Source of the DNA: Candidatus Nezhaarchaeales archaeon
GTDB taxonomy: Archaea > Thermoproteota > Methanomethylicia > Nezhaarchaeales > WYZ-LMO8
Reading direction: 5' to 3'
DNA: 64,000 nucleotides
NCBI GenBank assembly: GCA_038887515.1
Contig: JAWAKK010000001.1
Location: 672,001-736,000, forward strand
This document shows, in pieces, positions 9,860 to 19,737 of the stretch (positions are counted from its first letter, which is position 1; the number at the start of each line of letters is the position of its first letter). The position numbers and the translations under genes are program-made. The notes under the pieces were generated by a model. It saw nothing but the letters and a program-made list of their open reading frames with translations. It was not told the origin of the DNA and did no database searches.

Positions 9860-10194
9860 AGATTCCTTCGCTCTTTAAAGAGGTGTGGTCTAACTTAATC
9901 AAGAGACCGGCCACGCTTAAGTATCCGTTTAAGAAATTACCAGTCCCCCAAACATATCGAGGGTTACATATACTGGTAAGGGAGCGATGCACAGGTTGCG
10001 GTCTCTGTTCTAAAGTATGTCCAGCATTCGCCATATTGATGAGACCTGTAGGTGGGAGGGTTTACCCCTTTATTGACTTGGGCAAATGTGTTTTTTGCTT
10101 TCAATGCGAAGACGCGTGTCCTCGAGGAGCTATAAAACGTGGAAAAAGTTATGAGCTCGCAACTTGGAAAAGAAGTGAATTAATATTCGGGTGA
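9856..10194 (+). CDS. mbhN: 2[4Fe-4S] subunit NuoI/MbhN
   Basis: T..YPF...YRG, CTGCGLCSKVCP, CVFCFQCEDACP. Confidence 0.9.
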   Translation: MKIPSLFKEVWSNLIKRPATLKYPFKKLPVPQTYRGLHILVRERCTGCGLCSKVCPAFAILMRPVGGRVYPFIDLGKCVFCFQCEDACPRGAIKRGKSYELATWKRSELIFG

Positions 10195-10200
10195 GTTAAA

Positions 10201-11259
10201 GTGGTTAGTATGGAAAGCTTGTCCCAAAAGTTTCTTGGACCCAAGGGATTCAACGACTTAGTAAACGAAGTCGTAGCTAAAAGAATTTGTTGTAAATGCG
10301 GTCTTTGCGTTTCGTCTTGCCCAGTACACGCAGTTGCGATGACCGAAGAAGGTCCAGAGCTCGTCAGTCCATGTAAACAATGCGAGGCATGCTATTATGG
10401 TTGTCCAAGGGGTCCAGCTTTCTCGCATGAGTTACTTGAAGCTTCTTTAAATTCTAAGAGTAAAGACGAAGTTCTAGGAAGATACATCAAGATAGTTAGC
10501 GCGAAGACCTTGCTTAAGGAGGTAGGGGCGAGGGCGCAAGACGGTGGCGTCGTTACATCCCTCTTGATATACGCCCTTAGAAACAAGCTAGTAGATGGAG
10601 CCGTGGTAGCGTCGAAAAGTCGCCCAGATCCTTGGAGACCAGAGCCTCGATTGGCCTTAACCGTAGACGATATCTTAGAGGCGGCTGGAACGAAGTACTC
10701 CAATTGCCCAAACCTAGTAGCCTTAGAGGAGGCAGTTTACGGCTATGAGCTCGATAAGGTTTGCGTAGTTGGGGTACCTTGTCAAGTTGCCGCGGCTCGA
10801 AACGTTAAGGTTCAGCCAAGAGCTGCGACAAAACTAGGAGACAAGATAGCATTCATTATCGGACTGTTCTGTATGGAATCCTTCAACCATAGAAGGCTTC
10901 TGGAATTCATGGCATCTCGCAATATTGACATACAAAAGGTGTCTAAGTTTGACATAAAGGAAGGTAAATTTAAGGCTTATATAGAAGGTGCTGAAGTCCT
11001 AGGCGTTCCCATAAAAGAAGTTAAGGGGTGCGTAAACGAGTACTGCCATGTATGTAGAGATCTTACTGCGCTCTACTCCGACATATCTGTCGGAGCCATA
11101 GGCTCCCAGCGCGGATGGTCAACGGTTATAATACGAACTAGCCAAGGAGCTGAGCTATTCGAGGGAGCTGTCAGAGAAGGATACTTGGAGGTCAAGGACA
11201 TTGAGAGCGGAATCTCCATATTAAAGAAGATAGCCGAAAGAAAAGCTTCACAAAAATAG
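10201..11259 (+). CDS. Coenzyme F420 hydrogenase/dehydrogenase beta subunit (FrhB/FpoF family) with N-terminal 2[4Fe-4S] domain
   Basis: CCKCGLCVSSCP, CKQCEACYYGCP, AQDGGVVTSLL, AAGTKYS, GVPCQ, IGLFCMESF, CHVCRD...SDISVG..G...GWSTVIIRT. Confidence 0.88.
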   Translation: MVSMESLSQKFLGPKGFNDLVNEVVAKRICCKCGLCVSSCPVHAVAMTEEGPELVSPCKQCEACYYGCPRGPAFSHELLEASLNSKSKDEVLGRYIKIVSAKTLLKEVGARAQDGGVVTSLLIYALRNKLVDGAVVASKSRPDPWRPEPRLALTVDDILEAAGTKYSNCPNLVALEEAVYGYELDKVCVVGVPCQVAAARNVKVQPRAATKLGDKIAFIIGLFCMESFNHRRLLEFMASRNIDIQKVSKFDIKEGKFKAYIEGAEVLGVPIKEVKGCVNEYCHVCRDLTALYSDISVGAIGSQRGWSTVIIRTSQGAELFEGAVREGYLEVKDIESGISILKKIAERKASQK

Positions 11260-14121
11260 CTATTCGAGGTACAATGCCGGCCTATATGGTACTGCATTGA
11301 ATCGACGGTTTTTAGGGTCGTAAGCTTCTTCTTCCCTCCATATTTTAATTTTAAATTTAAATTCTCGTTCTAGAAACTCTTTAGCTGATGTAAGAACTTC
11401 ATATTCATCTAATATCCCGACATTTAACCTCACTTCTCTTTCCTCTCTGCTTACAGACGAAGCTTCCATGACGATTCTATGTATCATTTTAGAATCATTC
11501 ACTTGAAGATCTTTCGCTGCTTGATATGCCACTTTGATCGCTTCTTTAGGTGATGGTGCCCCTAGGGCCTTTAAATAAACTTCCCATTTCCGCTTAGAAG
11601 CTACGTAGATATGTGCTATCGAAGGAGTTATCTTCGTCGCCCTTATTATTTCCCTTAGGTCCTCAATCACCTGTTCTATTAGCAACTCGGAGGCTTCTGC
11701 AAGGTAGTCTATTTTGGACTCGTCGGGGGAGGGCCATGGAGCTCTACTGACGAAGCCTTCTCCGCCTAACATGCTCCAAAGCTCTTCGCACATGAAGGGG
11801 GCGAAGGGGGCTAACAGCCTAACCCAAGTCTTAGCTACTTCCAGCAATACCTCCCTAGAGGGCCTTTGAGTTCTTCTAAGATACCATCGAATGTCGTTCC
11901 AGACTTCGAATAGAGCGATTTCTAAGGCGGTCCTATTCCTCATAGACTCAAGGGCTTCGGTTACCGCTCTTACCCTCCTTTGCAACTTACTTATCAACCA
12001 CCTTTCAAGGACCCCTCTGGAACCAGAACTTTGTGTCGATGCTATGTCAGCAATAAACTTGAAAACCTGATTTAGCTTTTCTCTCATGTCTCTGCAAGTA
12101 TCAAATTTCCAATTTGGATCGTCCATACCTTCAGCAGCTATCATAAGGGAGCATCTAACAGCGTCGGCTCCATAGCTCGCTATCACATCGTTCAAAGTAA
12201 CGAAGTTGCCCTTAGACTTAGACATCTTCTCTCCTTCAACCATCATTATCCCATTAACAGCAATACCTCGAGGCCATAGCTCCTCCTGAAATATTGCCGT
12301 GTGATGAAAGAGGAAGAACGTTAAGTGATTTGGAACTAAGTCTTTACCAGAGCCTCTTAGGTCTACGGGGTACCAGTACAAGAACTCTCTTCTTACCTCC
12401 TCTACGAGTTCTGGCTTTAAGCCGCTAGTACTCGAAGCTAGCTCTAGACTTCCTTCGCCAAGAATGACGTAGTCAAAAAACTCCTCGGTTAAGTTATCGG
12501 CCTTCAAAAGACCTTTGTTTACGTACTTGGCTATTATGTAGAAGGCCATGTATATCGTTGAGTCGCTGAGGGTCTCAACTATCCAAGAATGGTCCCAAGG
12601 AAGAGGGGTTCCAAGACCTGTCCTCCTAGCACAAGCCCAATCCCTAAGCCAATCTACTACTTCAAAGAAGTAGTTCCTAGCCTCTTCGGGGTAAATGTTG
12701 ATCCTTGATATTAGCCTTTTAGTCTTAGCTTTCCACTCGGGATCTGAATATCTAAGGAACCATTGGTCAGTTAAAATCTTGACTATGCACCTAGTCGTAC
12801 ATCTACACACAACCCTTTCAGGTAATTCGTACATTTGATCTGACAGGCTTGCTTTCTTCATGTCTTCAAAAACTTTTTCTTTAGCATCCGAGACCTTGAG
12901 CCCAGCATAGTTCAAGCAGTTCTCCTTCATGATTCCTGAATGATACTCCTTCTTGTATACGATTCTGGTGGCTTCATCAGCTTTAGCATCTAGTTGGTCT
13001 TTGACGTTCAACTTATCTACGATTTCTATCGCTGGATAGTCCCCAAAACCTTCGACCCTTATTATTGATATCGGGGTTATGCCCTCAATCACCTTAGGAT
13101 CTAAACCGTACTTTTTAAGGTTCTCCGGGTCTCTAATTAAATCCCTTAGAGCTAACCAATCATACGGTGCATGGGCTGGCACGCTGAAGACTATGCCTGT
13201 ACCATTTTCGGGGTCCACAAAGTTTGCTGGAAGTACTGGAAGATCCCGGCCGGTTATCGGAGCTCTACAGGATAATCCTATTAATTCCTTTCCTCTAAGT
13301 TCCCTTAGAACCTCTACTTTTCTAAGTTGTTCTTTAAGCTTCATTGCCGCAGGCTTACTTACTATCCATTTCTCGCCATCAATTCTTGCTTCAACGTAGA
13401 TCGCCTCTGGGTTTACCCACAGGTTCGTAGCCCCAAATATCGTCTCAGGCCTAAAGGTGGCTGCAGGTAGGTAAGTATCGCTACACCTGAACTTCACCAA
13501 GACGTAGAGTTCTGGCGAAACCCCTTCACCCTCAAGTCTATCGTGATCTCCCGTCGGGCTTTGGCAGTGTGGGCACCAAACAACTGGGTGAGTGCCCTTG
13601 ACTACGTAGCCCCTCTTCTTAAGTTTATTGAACTGCCAAGTTACGAACTTCGAGAAGGCTGAGTGATAGCTCGAAGTATGGAATTCCCTCCTCCAGTCTA
13701 TTGATAAACCCATGTCTATAACCGTCTTCCTGTTCTCGTTCATGTAATATGAGGCCATGTATACGGGGTCCGTGAACCTCTTAATTTCCTCCTCAGGGAC
13801 CTTGTCTACAGTCTTAAGCGTCCTAATGAGTTTCTCATCTCCTTTACTTATCCTCTCAGCTGCACCTACAATTGGTTCTCCAGTCCAGTGCCAAGCGAAT
13901 GGAAAGAGCACGTTGTAGCCTTGCATCCTCTTAAATCGCGCGTACACATCTAATCTAGTTGCTGAAAAGCCGTGTCCAACGTGGAGCCTTCCATTCACGT
14001 AAGGGAATGGAAATGTGACGAAGATCTTCGGTCTGCCTGGTTGAGGATCAGCCTCGAAGATTCCCTCCTTTAACCATCTCTCCTTCCATCTTTCTTCTAT
14101 GCTTCTCCAGTCCAGCTCCAT
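11260..14121 (-). CDS. leuS: Leucyl-tRNA synthetase (archaeal type)
   Basis: FPYVNGRLHVGH (HIGH), editing domain, GKDLVPNHL, KMSKS; 953 aa. Confidence 0.97.
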   Translation of the reverse strand: MELDWRSIEERWKERWLKEGIFEADPQPGRPKIFVTFPFPYVNGRLHVGHGFSATRLDVYARFKRMQGYNVLFPFAWHWTGEPIVGAAERISKGDEKLIRTLKTVDKVPEEEIKRFTDPVYMASYYMNENRKTVIDMGLSIDWRREFHTSSYHSAFSKFVTWQFNKLKKRGYVVKGTHPVVWCPHCQSPTGDHDRLEGEGVSPELYVLVKFRCSDTYLPAATFRPETIFGATNLWVNPEAIYVEARIDGEKWIVSKPAAMKLKEQLRKVEVLRELRGKELIGLSCRAPITGRDLPVLPANFVDPENGTGIVFSVPAHAPYDWLALRDLIRDPENLKKYGLDPKVIEGITPISIIRVEGFGDYPAIEIVDKLNVKDQLDAKADEATRIVYKKEYHSGIMKENCLNYAGLKVSDAKEKVFEDMKKASLSDQMYELPERVVCRCTTRCIVKILTDQWFLRYSDPEWKAKTKRLISRINIYPEEARNYFFEVVDWLRDWACARRTGLGTPLPWDHSWIVETLSDSTIYMAFYIIAKYVNKGLLKADNLTEEFFDYVILGEGSLELASSTSGLKPELVEEVRREFLYWYPVDLRGSGKDLVPNHLTFFLFHHTAIFQEELWPRGIAVNGIMMVEGEKMSKSKGNFVTLNDVIASYGADAVRCSLMIAAEGMDDPNWKFDTCRDMREKLNQVFKFIADIASTQSSGSRGVLERWLISKLQRRVRAVTEALESMRNRTALEIALFEVWNDIRWYLRRTQRPSREVLLEVAKTWVRLLAPFAPFMCEELWSMLGGEGFVSRAPWPSPDESKIDYLAEASELLIEQVIEDLREIIRATKITPSIAHIYVASKRKWEVYLKALGAPSPKEAIKVAYQAAKDLQVNDSKMIHRIVMEASSVSREEREVRLNVGILDEYEVLTSAKEFLEREFKFKIKIWREEEAYDPKNRRFNAVPYRPALYLE

Positions 14122-14153
14122 GGCTTCACCTCGCCACTATGGCTTCCTTGTAA

Positions 14154-15497
14154 TTAGGCTTTACTTGATACTTGTACTTCCGAGACAAGTATTGGTGGTG
14201 AGTACAAGTTAAAGTGCTTAGCTCTTTCATTACCTATGGCCTTGATGTTCTTGACTAAACCGGCTATATTGGTCGCAAACAGTGTATGTTTTACGGGCGT
14301 CTTTACCTCGCCCTTTTCTATAATATACCCGCAAGTAACCATTGCAGATAGGTCTCCGGTCGCTACGTTGGGAACGTCGTAGGTATCAAGTATTAAAAGC
14401 CCATCCTCAACTTCTCGAATCATCTCTTCTAGGTGCCAGTCACCGGTCTCTACTACTATGTTTGAAGGAGCTATGGTGACCTGCCCCCTAAAGTCTAGGG
14501 GGCCTCCACTCCTTGAGGCGTTACCTGTGCTTCTCGTCCCAGCCTTACCAGCGGTATACGAATTGTGAAGAAGTCCTTTTACGACCCCCTCTTCTATCAA
14601 TATAGTCCTTTGTCTAGGAGAACCCTCAACGTCAAACCTTCTAGTAAAGGGACCTCCTTCAACGAGACCGTCGTCTACTACTGTAAGAGAGCTGACGCCA
14701 ATCTTTTGGTTCATCTTCGTAGACAGGTAACTCCTACCCCTCTGAACTAAGTCTGCATTTAGAGCCGACGCGATGCCTTCACCTATCATCGCTAACAACA
14801 CTTTGCCGGATAATACGGCTGGCGCCTTAGCGGTCTTATAGGGTTTTGCGTTGAGGCCGCGTATGGCTTCTTGAGCAACTTTCACTGCCACGGATTCCAT
14901 GTCTATGTCGTTCATAACCCTAACGACGTCACCGTCATAACTCGACGACATGTCAGTTCCATCCCTCGCAGTTACATATACTAGAAAGCTTAATTGCGTC
15001 CCTTCATCGACTCCTTCTACGCCGTTTGAATTCACCACGAAACACTTGAATTTCGAGCTTTCAAGTGTTATGTTCACGGAATATACTTTATCTATCTCGA
15101 TCTTTCTAGCTATTGAGACTACTATATCAACAAGTTCTTCCGGGGTTAACGAAGCTATCTTGTTGTCGTAAGTTCTCTGTGGAGATGGAAAGCTGGAGGG
15201 TCTTGGAAGTCCCTTAAAGTCTGGGTTCGGATAGCCTACTTTAGCCGCCTTTACAGCCTTACTAGCTACGTCGTTTACGTCGGCTTCTAGGCTTGTAGCG
15301 TAAGAATACCCGCTCGCTCCTTTGACTATAGCTCTAATGCCTACACCGACTTCATGGACGATCTTGGAAGCCTTTATAGCGCCTTTCCTAAGCTCTATTT
15401 TAAGGGTTTCAACATCTACACCGTACGCATCAACAGCTTCGGCACCGGACTTAAGAGCTTCATCGACGGCTCTCTTACAAAAAGTGAAGAGGTCCAT
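14154..15497 (-). CDS. pmbA: PmbA/TldE family protein
   Basis: FDVEG, STGNASR, N..TGDLS; lacks HExxxH; paired with tldD. Confidence 0.88.
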   Translation of the reverse strand: MDLFTFCKRAVDEALKSGAEAVDAYGVDVETLKIELRKGAIKASKIVHEVGVGIRAIVKGASGYSYATSLEADVNDVASKAVKAAKVGYPNPDFKGLPRPSSFPSPQRTYDNKIASLTPEELVDIVVSIARKIEIDKVYSVNITLESSKFKCFVVNSNGVEGVDEGTQLSFLVYVTARDGTDMSSSYDGDVVRVMNDIDMESVAVKVAQEAIRGLNAKPYKTAKAPAVLSGKVLLAMIGEGIASALNADLVQRGRSYLSTKMNQKIGVSSLTVVDDGLVEGGPFTRRFDVEGSPRQRTILIEEGVVKGLLHNSYTAGKAGTRSTGNASRSGGPLDFRGQVTIAPSNIVVETGDWHLEEMIREVEDGLLILDTYDVPNVATGDLSAMVTCGYIIEKGEVKTPVKHTLFATNIAGLVKNIKAIGNERAKHFNLYSPPILVSEVQVSSKA

Positions 15498-16898
15498 TTA
15501 GCCCAAGCCCCCTATAACTACATCCCTAACCCTTATGTGGGGGGCCCCCGTAGTCACTCTCACGTATTGGTCTTCTTTACCACAGAAACCTGGCCTAAAT
15601 GAGAGATCGTTGGCCACGGCCTCAGTATTCATTAATACGTCCAACGTGTACCCGGAAAGGGATGCATCTCTGCAAAGTTGCTTTAACTCGCCTCCTTTAA
15701 CTACGTATAATTTGGAGCACTTGAAGACGAACTCGCCCTTCGCAGTATCTACATAACCATAGCTACTTCCTTGAGCGTAAACGCCCTCTTTAAGGTCTTG
15801 AAAGAGTTCTTCGACCTTCCAGTCCCCCCTCTCTATGAATGTATTAGTCATCCTTACTATGGGAATGGAGCTATAGCCTTGTGCCCTTGCGTTTCCAGTA
15901 GAGCTCACACCCATTCTAGTTGATGTTTCGAGACTGTGTAAATAGGACTTAAGAAAGCCCCTTTCAACCATTAGCGTTCCGCTTCCATTCGTACCCTCGC
16001 AATCTATTGGGATGTAACCAAAGAGACCCTTAATGGTTGGATCGTCTCTGACGGTGACGCCCTCCGAGCCCACCTTCTTCCCGATCATCCTTTCAAGTAT
16101 CGAGCCACCTTGCAAAACTATGTCTGCTTCACAAGCGTGTCCAAATGCTTCGTGGATAAAGACTCCAGCAAGCTCTGGATCGAGAATGCATGTATACTTA
16201 CCAGCAGGCGGGCTTCTAGCGTTTAAGAGTTCTAAGGCTTCTTCTGAAGCTTTCTGGGCAACCTGAACTGGGTCTCGTTGCCTTAATATTTCGAGCCCCC
16301 CGGTTCCACCATGACTTTCGTGCCCCCGTTGAATAACCCCCGCCTCACTTGCGTATGCAGTAGCTGAAATTATTAGTGACGGTATTGCGTAGTCTGCTCG
16401 AAGTCCAAGGCTATTAGCTATGCATGCGCTTTCCTCCATTTCGAAGTAAACTGCGTTCGTACTCTTGATTCTACTGCTTACGCTCTTCATGGCTTTCTCC
16501 ATTTCAGCACACAGCTTAAGCTTCTCTTCTACCGTGACCAACGATGGGTCTTCGCCTGGAACCACTCTTTGAGAGAGCTTGAGCGATCTACATGAAATGT
16601 CGAGATTTTCGGTTTTATCTTTGCTAACGCTCTTAGCCAACTTATACGCCCGTATACACGCTTTCTCAATCTCATGTGGAGTTAAGGCCGAAGTAGAGGT
16701 GAACCCCCACTTACCACCTATAAGACATCTTATGGCCAAGCCCCTTTCATTCATGAACTTTAGCTCTTTTAAGATGCCATCAGCTACCTCTATTCTAAGA
16801 CCCTTAATTTCAACAAACCTGACGTCCGCGAAGTCTACTTTGAAGCTTAACATTACGTCAAGCGCCTTCTGGACAAGGGTTTCATGGTGGCCATACAT
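15498..16898 (-). CDS. tldD: TldD metalloprotease
   Basis: HEAFGHACEAD, DCEG, TGNARAQ...PIVRMTNT, CGKEDQ. Confidence 0.93.
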   Translation of the reverse strand: MYGHHETLVQKALDVMLSFKVDFADVRFVEIKGLRIEVADGILKELKFMNERGLAIRCLIGGKWGFTSTSALTPHEIEKACIRAYKLAKSVSKDKTENLDISCRSLKLSQRVVPGEDPSLVTVEEKLKLCAEMEKAMKSVSSRIKSTNAVYFEMEESACIANSLGLRADYAIPSLIISATAYASEAGVIQRGHESHGGTGGLEILRQRDPVQVAQKASEEALELLNARSPPAGKYTCILDPELAGVFIHEAFGHACEADIVLQGGSILERMIGKKVGSEGVTVRDDPTIKGLFGYIPIDCEGTNGSGTLMVERGFLKSYLHSLETSTRMGVSSTGNARAQGYSSIPIVRMTNTFIERGDWKVEELFQDLKEGVYAQGSSYGYVDTAKGEFVFKCSKLYVVKGGELKQLCRDASLSGYTLDVLMNTEAVANDLSFRPGFCGKEDQYVRVTTGAPHIRVRDVVIGGLG

Positions 16899-17096
16899 TT
16901 AGCGTCCTCCTCTTAACCGAGACTTCAAATTCACCGCCCTAGCTCATAGGTTTAAGCGGCCAGGGCGCTAAGGCTTTCCGCATACATCTCCTCGAAGCGT
17001 TTAATAATTGTTGCTGGAGCTTCAAGTATAGCTAGCACAATTATAAACATCCATTGAATGGTTGATGAGTCTAGTTTGAGAGAATTACTGTTGTTT

Positions 17097-17654
17097 TTAA
17101 ACTTTATCTCTTTGCATTGATCCAGCCAAAACCAACAACTCTTCGAGGAAGCTTACCCTCTTCTCTACTAATTCCTTCAACTTTTCCTTGACGTTACTCC
17201 TAGTAATGGTTGATCTCAACTTGCTAACTTCGCGCGACAGGTACTTGTCGCCTATCGAGTAAAGCCATCTAGACAGGTTGCCAGTCCTCACCTGTTGATA
17301 TAGACTTTCGTTCTCGACTTCATTTACAACATTTTTGAAGTCGCGAAGGTTTCGTACCTCTAATTCACTGTTGCTTGCCTTGAGCTTTAGGGGTTCTCCC
17401 TCTCCATTAAGTATCTTATGTACCTCATGGAGGTCTACAAGCTTTTCCGCCAACAACCTGCCTTGCTCGGTTAACTGGTACTCTCCTGTTAAAACCCTGC
17501 TTACAAGGCCAAGCTTAATTAGCTTGTTTATACAGTTGTAAAACTTGGTCCTTTTGAAGTTTACAGCCGACATAAGCGCTTTCGTACCCACTCTACTCCA
17601 CCTACTCATAACCTTCAATAACACGACATCATCTACGTCTATCTCCTTAAGCAA
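17097..17654 (-). CDS. Winged-helix DNA-binding protein with C-terminal DUF5752-like domain
   Basis: N-terminal wHTH (RTKFYNCINKLIKLGLV...YQLTEQGR); C-terminal VRNLRDF...SLY..VRTGNLSRWL..IGD..L pattern. Confidence 0.6.
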   Translation of the reverse strand: MLKEIDVDDVVLLKVMSRWSRVGTKALMSAVNFKRTKFYNCINKLIKLGLVSRVLTGEYQLTEQGRLLAEKLVDLHEVHKILNGEGEPLKLKASNSELEVRNLRDFKNVVNEVENESLYQQVRTGNLSRWLYSIGDKYLSREVSKLRSTITRSNVKEKLKELVEKRVSFLEELLVLAGSMQRDKV

Positions 17655-17864
17655 GAGGGAGACCCCTTAAGCGGTTTCAATATGATGGTTTACCTGTCTC
17701 TTAATTTAAAAGCTTTCCTTAACCCTGTTTTAGGGACAAATGCCGTATTAAGGATCAGGAAATTGCGGCGACTACTTCTTAACAAGATTGCCTTCCTGTT
17801 TTAATGAAGAAAGTCGACGACTGTTAAAGTTTAAGTTTTGTCGAGTACACGCTCTATATTCAGA

Positions 17865-17940
17865 AGCCCGGTGGTGTAGCGGCCAAGCATGGCGGGCTCT
17901 GGCCCCGTCGACGGGAGTTCGAATCTCCCCCGGGCTACCA
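17865..17940 (+). tRNA. tRNA-Gln(CTG)
   Basis: AGCCCGG/CCGGGCT acceptor stem (A1-U72, typical of archaeal tRNA-Gln), anticodon arm GCGGG-CTCTGGC-CCCGT, T loop GTTCGAATC, encoded CCA. Confidence 0.96.
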
Positions 17941-18013
17941 TCCTTAAATGCATAATCTCCATAAAGCACAAAGCTCTTAGCTCGAACACGAAAAGTCTTT
18001 TTGGTGTTTTAGT

Positions 18014-18538
18014 ATGAGCAAGGAAGTGATCCCAACCTCAGCGTCATGCTACTTCAGCGTTTCAAAGAATGGGGAGTTCAATCAGTTTTTAATTTACGAC
18101 TACTACGATCCTAGAGGGTATTACGCTAAATTACTTAACAAGCCCCGAAGGTGTAGGGAAGAACTTAAAAACCTCTGCATTAACATGCAGAGCTTCTTGG
18201 ACCAAGAAGAAGTTAAAGTCAACGGTTTGAGAGTTTACCCTCAAGTCGTCACAGCTTACCTCAGCCATAGAGGATTCATGGATTCGCCCTATATAACTTG
18301 GATCATAACCTTCAAGGGAGAGTTAAGGAGTGGTCTAAACATCTTCGAGAATACGACTGAGCGCGAAGTAGCAGAATACGATTTCGAAATTGTTTGGCAG
18401 TTTCCAAGGAGGAGTAGAATTGTAAATGTAAAGGTATCTAGTAGTAGCCAAGTGATAGGCGGAAATACATTGTACGTGTGGGCTAGGAGAGGGGAAACCG
18501 TAGGTGGATATGAAAAGATCGAGTTTACCCTGTACTAA
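18014..18538 (+). CDS. Hypothetical protein (beta-rich)
   Basis: 174 aa ORF with normal composition filling the gap; no motif recognised. Confidence 0.7.
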   Translation: MSKEVIPTSASCYFSVSKNGEFNQFLIYDYYDPRGYYAKLLNKPRRCREELKNLCINMQSFLDQEEVKVNGLRVYPQVVTAYLSHRGFMDSPYITWIITFKGELRSGLNIFENTTEREVAEYDFEIVWQFPRRSRIVNVKVSSSSQVIGGNTLYVWARRGETVGGYEKIEFTLY

Positions 18539-18595
18539 GGCGTCGGCCAAACCCTTAAGGAGTATGAAAATATATTTTTTCTAGATACAATATTT

Positions 18596-18655
18596 TACGA
18601 CGATGAATTCTTCTGGCCTTTCTGATAGATGATGAAAACTTACCCGTACGAGTCA
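18596..18655 (+). ncRNA. Candidate C/D-box methylation guide sRNA
   Basis: C-like ACGATGA (18600-06), guide, D' CTGA (18622-25), C' ATGATGA (18629-35), 12-nt guide AAACTTACCCGT, D-like ACGA (18648-51). An AT-rich promoter-like element lies about 25 nt upstream. Confidence 0.55.
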
Positions 18656-18771
18656 CTCGCACAATCCTTTACGTCTTAGTCCTACCGCCTCTATACCAAT
18701 GGAGAAGCAGGATTTCAATGTTGCAGAACTGTTAAGCTCAGCTCAAGGTTTAATTTAAAATTAAGCTTAAA

Positions 18772-19734
18772 GTGGTAACCATGCAATCTATTGACGTCGT
18801 AGGCTTTGGATCTCTCTGCATCGACTTCGTATTTAAGGTTGACAGATGCCCTAGAAAAGGTTTAACAAATCTTTCAACTGCGAGTCTTGTAGGTTTCGGG
18901 GGTATAATAGGAAACTTCTTAGTTTGTTGTTCTAAACTTGGCTTAAGATGCGGTGTCATAGGCGTTATTGGTGGAGACCGGTACGGTAAGACCGTTATCA
19001 GATGCCTTACGAAGGCCGGAATCGACACGTCCATGCTTCTCGTAGATCCTAAAGGTTCAACAGCGAAGGTCGTTTGCATAGTTGACCGTAAGGGTGAAAG
19101 AACGTTTATAGTTGACCCCGGCGTCCAGGCTCAAGTTAAGTTGCCCGATGTGGCATTTAAATACGTAACGAAGTGTAAAGCCTTTCACACAGACTGCCTA
19201 GACCTAAAGCAGGCCTGCATCTTGCTGAGAAAAGCCAAGCAAAACAACGTTACGACGAGCGTAGATGTCGGAGCTTTAGCTGAACACATACTTCAGAGAA
19301 TTGAAAAAGCGTGGGTTTACGAAGTCCTTAATTTATGTGATGTAGCCTTCATTTCTAAAGACCATGCATTGAGGATGTTTCCAGGACTAAGCGATGTAGA
19401 AGTCGTAGGTAAAATGCTCGAGTGCGGAGTTAAGGTTGCAGTAATGACGCTGGGTAGGAAGGGCTGCATCATAGCTAGCGACGACAAAATTGTCAAAGTA
19501 AAGGCCTTCAAAGTAGATGTTGTTGATACAACTGGAGCCGGAGATGCTTTTGAAGCGGGCTTTATCTATTCCATGCTAAAGGGGTTAGAAGTCGAAGAAG
19601 CTGCGATATTTGGAAGCGCTGTAGCTGCAATAAAGTGTACTAGGCTTGGTGCTCAAGCTGGCTTGCCGACGTTAGACCAAGTTAAGACCTTCCTTAACGA
19701 TCGGGGTTATCGTTCCATAACCTCTAAACTCTAG
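18772..19734 (+). CDS. PfkB/ribokinase-family carbohydrate kinase
   Basis: GG...N...CSKLG, GGDRYG, VDTTGAGDAF. Confidence 0.92.
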   Translation: MVTMQSIDVVGFGSLCIDFVFKVDRCPRKGLTNLSTASLVGFGGIIGNFLVCCSKLGLRCGVIGVIGGDRYGKTVIRCLTKAGIDTSMLLVDPKGSTAKVVCIVDRKGERTFIVDPGVQAQVKLPDVAFKYVTKCKAFHTDCLDLKQACILLRKAKQNNVTTSVDVGALAEHILQRIEKAWVYEVLNLCDVAFISKDHALRMFPGLSDVEVVGKMLECGVKVAVMTLGRKGCIIASDDKIVKVKAFKVDVVDTTGAGDAFEAGFIYSMLKGLEVEEAAIFGSAVAAIKCTRLGAQAGLPTLDQVKTFLNDRGYRSITSKL

Positions 19735-19737
19735 ACT

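Noticed and set aside
17772-17969. 65-aa minus-strand ORF
   Set aside because: Antisense shadow of tRNA-Gln.
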